Below are positions 62,189-64,000 of a stretch of 64,000 nucleotides of DNA, in pieces. This DNA comes from Gekko japonicus (taxonomy: Eukaryota), in the NCBI RefSeq assembly GCF_001447785.1, contig NW_015165838.1:713643-777642 (forward strand). Reading direction: 5' to 3'. The position numbers and the translations under genes were made by a program. A model generated the notes under the pieces. The model was not told where the DNA came from and ran no database searches. It worked only from the letters and a program-made list of their open reading frames with translations. Each line of letters opens with the position of its first letter. The first letter of the stretch is position 1.

Positions 62189-63019
62189 CCGGGTACAAGT
62201 ATGTTATTAATATGAAACTGAAAGATCTTATTACTTTTAATTGACTACATAGCTCAGATCTCTTTTATGCTGATCTGGAAATGATCCAACTGTGGAGTCG
62301 AGAGTCTTTGTGTACATGTCATATGTTGGTTATACAGACATTTACATCTAAAATTATGACACTGATTGGTTGATTGGCTATTATTTTACTGTGGTCAAAT
62401 ACAGTCATTATTCCACTAAGTTAAGAAAGCCTGTTTGTTGTGTCATTTCGGAGTAGTAAAGGCAACAAGCAATATTTATTAGATACTCAACTCGGTACAG
62501 CTGTACAAATGGTGTCATATTCTAAGAGGATAATGGGTTTTTTAAATTCACAAATAGGCTACCTTTTTAACATTCTTCTCTTTTTTGAAAATATAAAGTG
62601 CATTGGAATAGCTCAGTTACATTTTAAATTTACTCCCCAATAAGTTTGGGAGCAGAGACTAGTTGGGCTTCAGCTATTAAACCTGTAATAACTCACTGGG
62701 GAACACAACGCCAATTATCAGAAAGCAAGCTGAATGGAAATATAATCTCTAAAGAGAACACAACAACATTACGGACTCTTAAGTAATGGTCCTGGAAGTA
62801 CATAGTTCATAACAATCCCCCCAAGTTTAGGAGATTAAATGCCCCTAGAGTATAGAACATGTAGAACAACAATAAAGTTGGACTGCCAACTGAGAGCATT
62901 TTTAAAATGAAGCCAATGTCAAATAAAAGAAATCTAGCAATAGTACAGAAATGTAAGTGCTTTTAAAAATCCTAGCAACAAAGCTTGTTACCCCTTAACT
63001 TTAGAAGGGATAACTTCTC

Positions 63020-64000
63020 TCAAACAGTTAGCGAACTCGAGGCCCCTTGCGCGTCTTCGAGTCCGGGTTTAGAGTATTTCGACCAGCTCATTCTGGAAGA
63101 AGTCGACAGATTGCTCGTATTTTTATGCCCAACCACGTGTGGCCTGGATCCGTGCCCCTCCTGGCTCATTAAAGCGGGCCACGAGGGATTTCGAGATGCC
63201 TTGAGGGAGATTGTGAACAAGTCCCTCTCAGAGGGGCGGTTCCCCGAGGCACTCAAGGAAGCGATGGTTCGCCCTCTCTTGAAAAAACCAACTTTGGACC
63301 CAGCTGAATTGGCCAACTATTGGCCGGTGTCCAATTTGCTCTATTTGGGCAAACTGATTGAGAGGGCGGTGGCATTACAGCTACAGGGCTTCAGCTACAG
63401 AGCTTTCTGGATGACGCTTATGTCCTTGACCCATTCCAGTCCAGTTTTTACCTGGGACATGGGACGGAGACAGTGCTGGTTGCCCTTACTGATGACCTCT
63501 GTAGACATCTGGATCAAGGCGGTGTGGCAGCGCTGTTGTTGTTAGATCTGTCGGCTGCATTTGATACGGTCTACCTGCTGGCCCACCGCCTCACCGATGT
63601 GAGGATTCAGGGGCTTGCCCTTAAATGGCTTGCCTCGTTCCTCCAAGGTCGGGGACAGAGGGTAGTGCTAGGGGAACAGCAGTCCCAGAGGTGCCCGCTT
63701 GAATGTGGGGTGCCTCAAGGGGCGGTGCTTTCCCCGATGCTGTTTAACATATACATGCGCCCCCTCGCCCAGATTGTCCGGAGGTATGGGCTGGGGTGTC
63801 ATCAATATGCAGATGACACCCAGCTCTATTTGATGCCAGTCGGACTCCAACCCAGAAGATCTGCACCGGGCTTTACAAGCTGTGGCTGGGTGGCTCAGAC
63901 TGAGCAGGCTGAAATTAAACCCTGAGAAGACAGAGGTCCTGTGCTTGAGTCGGACCGGACCGGGGTTAGGGCTCCCGCTTCCAACCTTCAACGGGGCACC
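63020..64000 (+). mobile_element. L2 LINE RT region, frameshifted, continues past window end
   Basis: LLLLDLSAAFDTV, GVPQGAVLSPMLFNIYM and HQYADDTQLY motifs; frameshift from a 14-bp tandem duplication near 63378-63406. Confidence 0.93.

Noticed and set aside
47149-64000. JADE3 coding exons, including the candidate acceptor at 56820
   Set aside because: No MKRHR.../EPC-N/PHD-like translation seen; the 56820 segment lacks a convincing donor or homology.

Overview
Vertebrate genomic DNA, almost certainly squamate and probably a gecko (inferred from the repeat families), with three assembly gaps (2459-3106, 44541-44927, 49752-49809). It holds the SLC9A7-RP2-JADE3 syntenic block. SLC9A7/NHE7 exon 1 lies on the minus strand (24200-24443), with its intron 1 running off the left edge. 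A complete five-exon RP2 gene (361 aa) lies on the plus strand (30654-42182). A third CpG island with a non-coding first exon (about 46850-47148) is most likely JADE3, whose intron 1 fills the rest of the window. The remainder is dense in transposons: BovB/RTE, L2, CR1, Penelope, Sauria SINE, Squam3-like and 5S-derived SINEs, hAT and Harbinger-like MITEs (many with readable TSDs), and probable solo LTRs. I see no unambiguous new biological system. The best leads are: (1) an exon-like 201/225-nt segment in SLC9A7 intron 1 that would act as a poison exon and faintly resembles exon 2; (2) a hAT MITE family carrying an Oct/KLF/ETS motif cassette, present three times around the putative JADE3 promoter; (3) two uORFs in the putative JADE3 leader; (4) a near-perfect 285-bp fold-back element; (5) a locally templated 50-bp insertion with a 19-bp duplication; (6) a multi-layer nested TE stack containing a young BovB. 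Comparisons to human or cattle sequences are from memory and need alignment.
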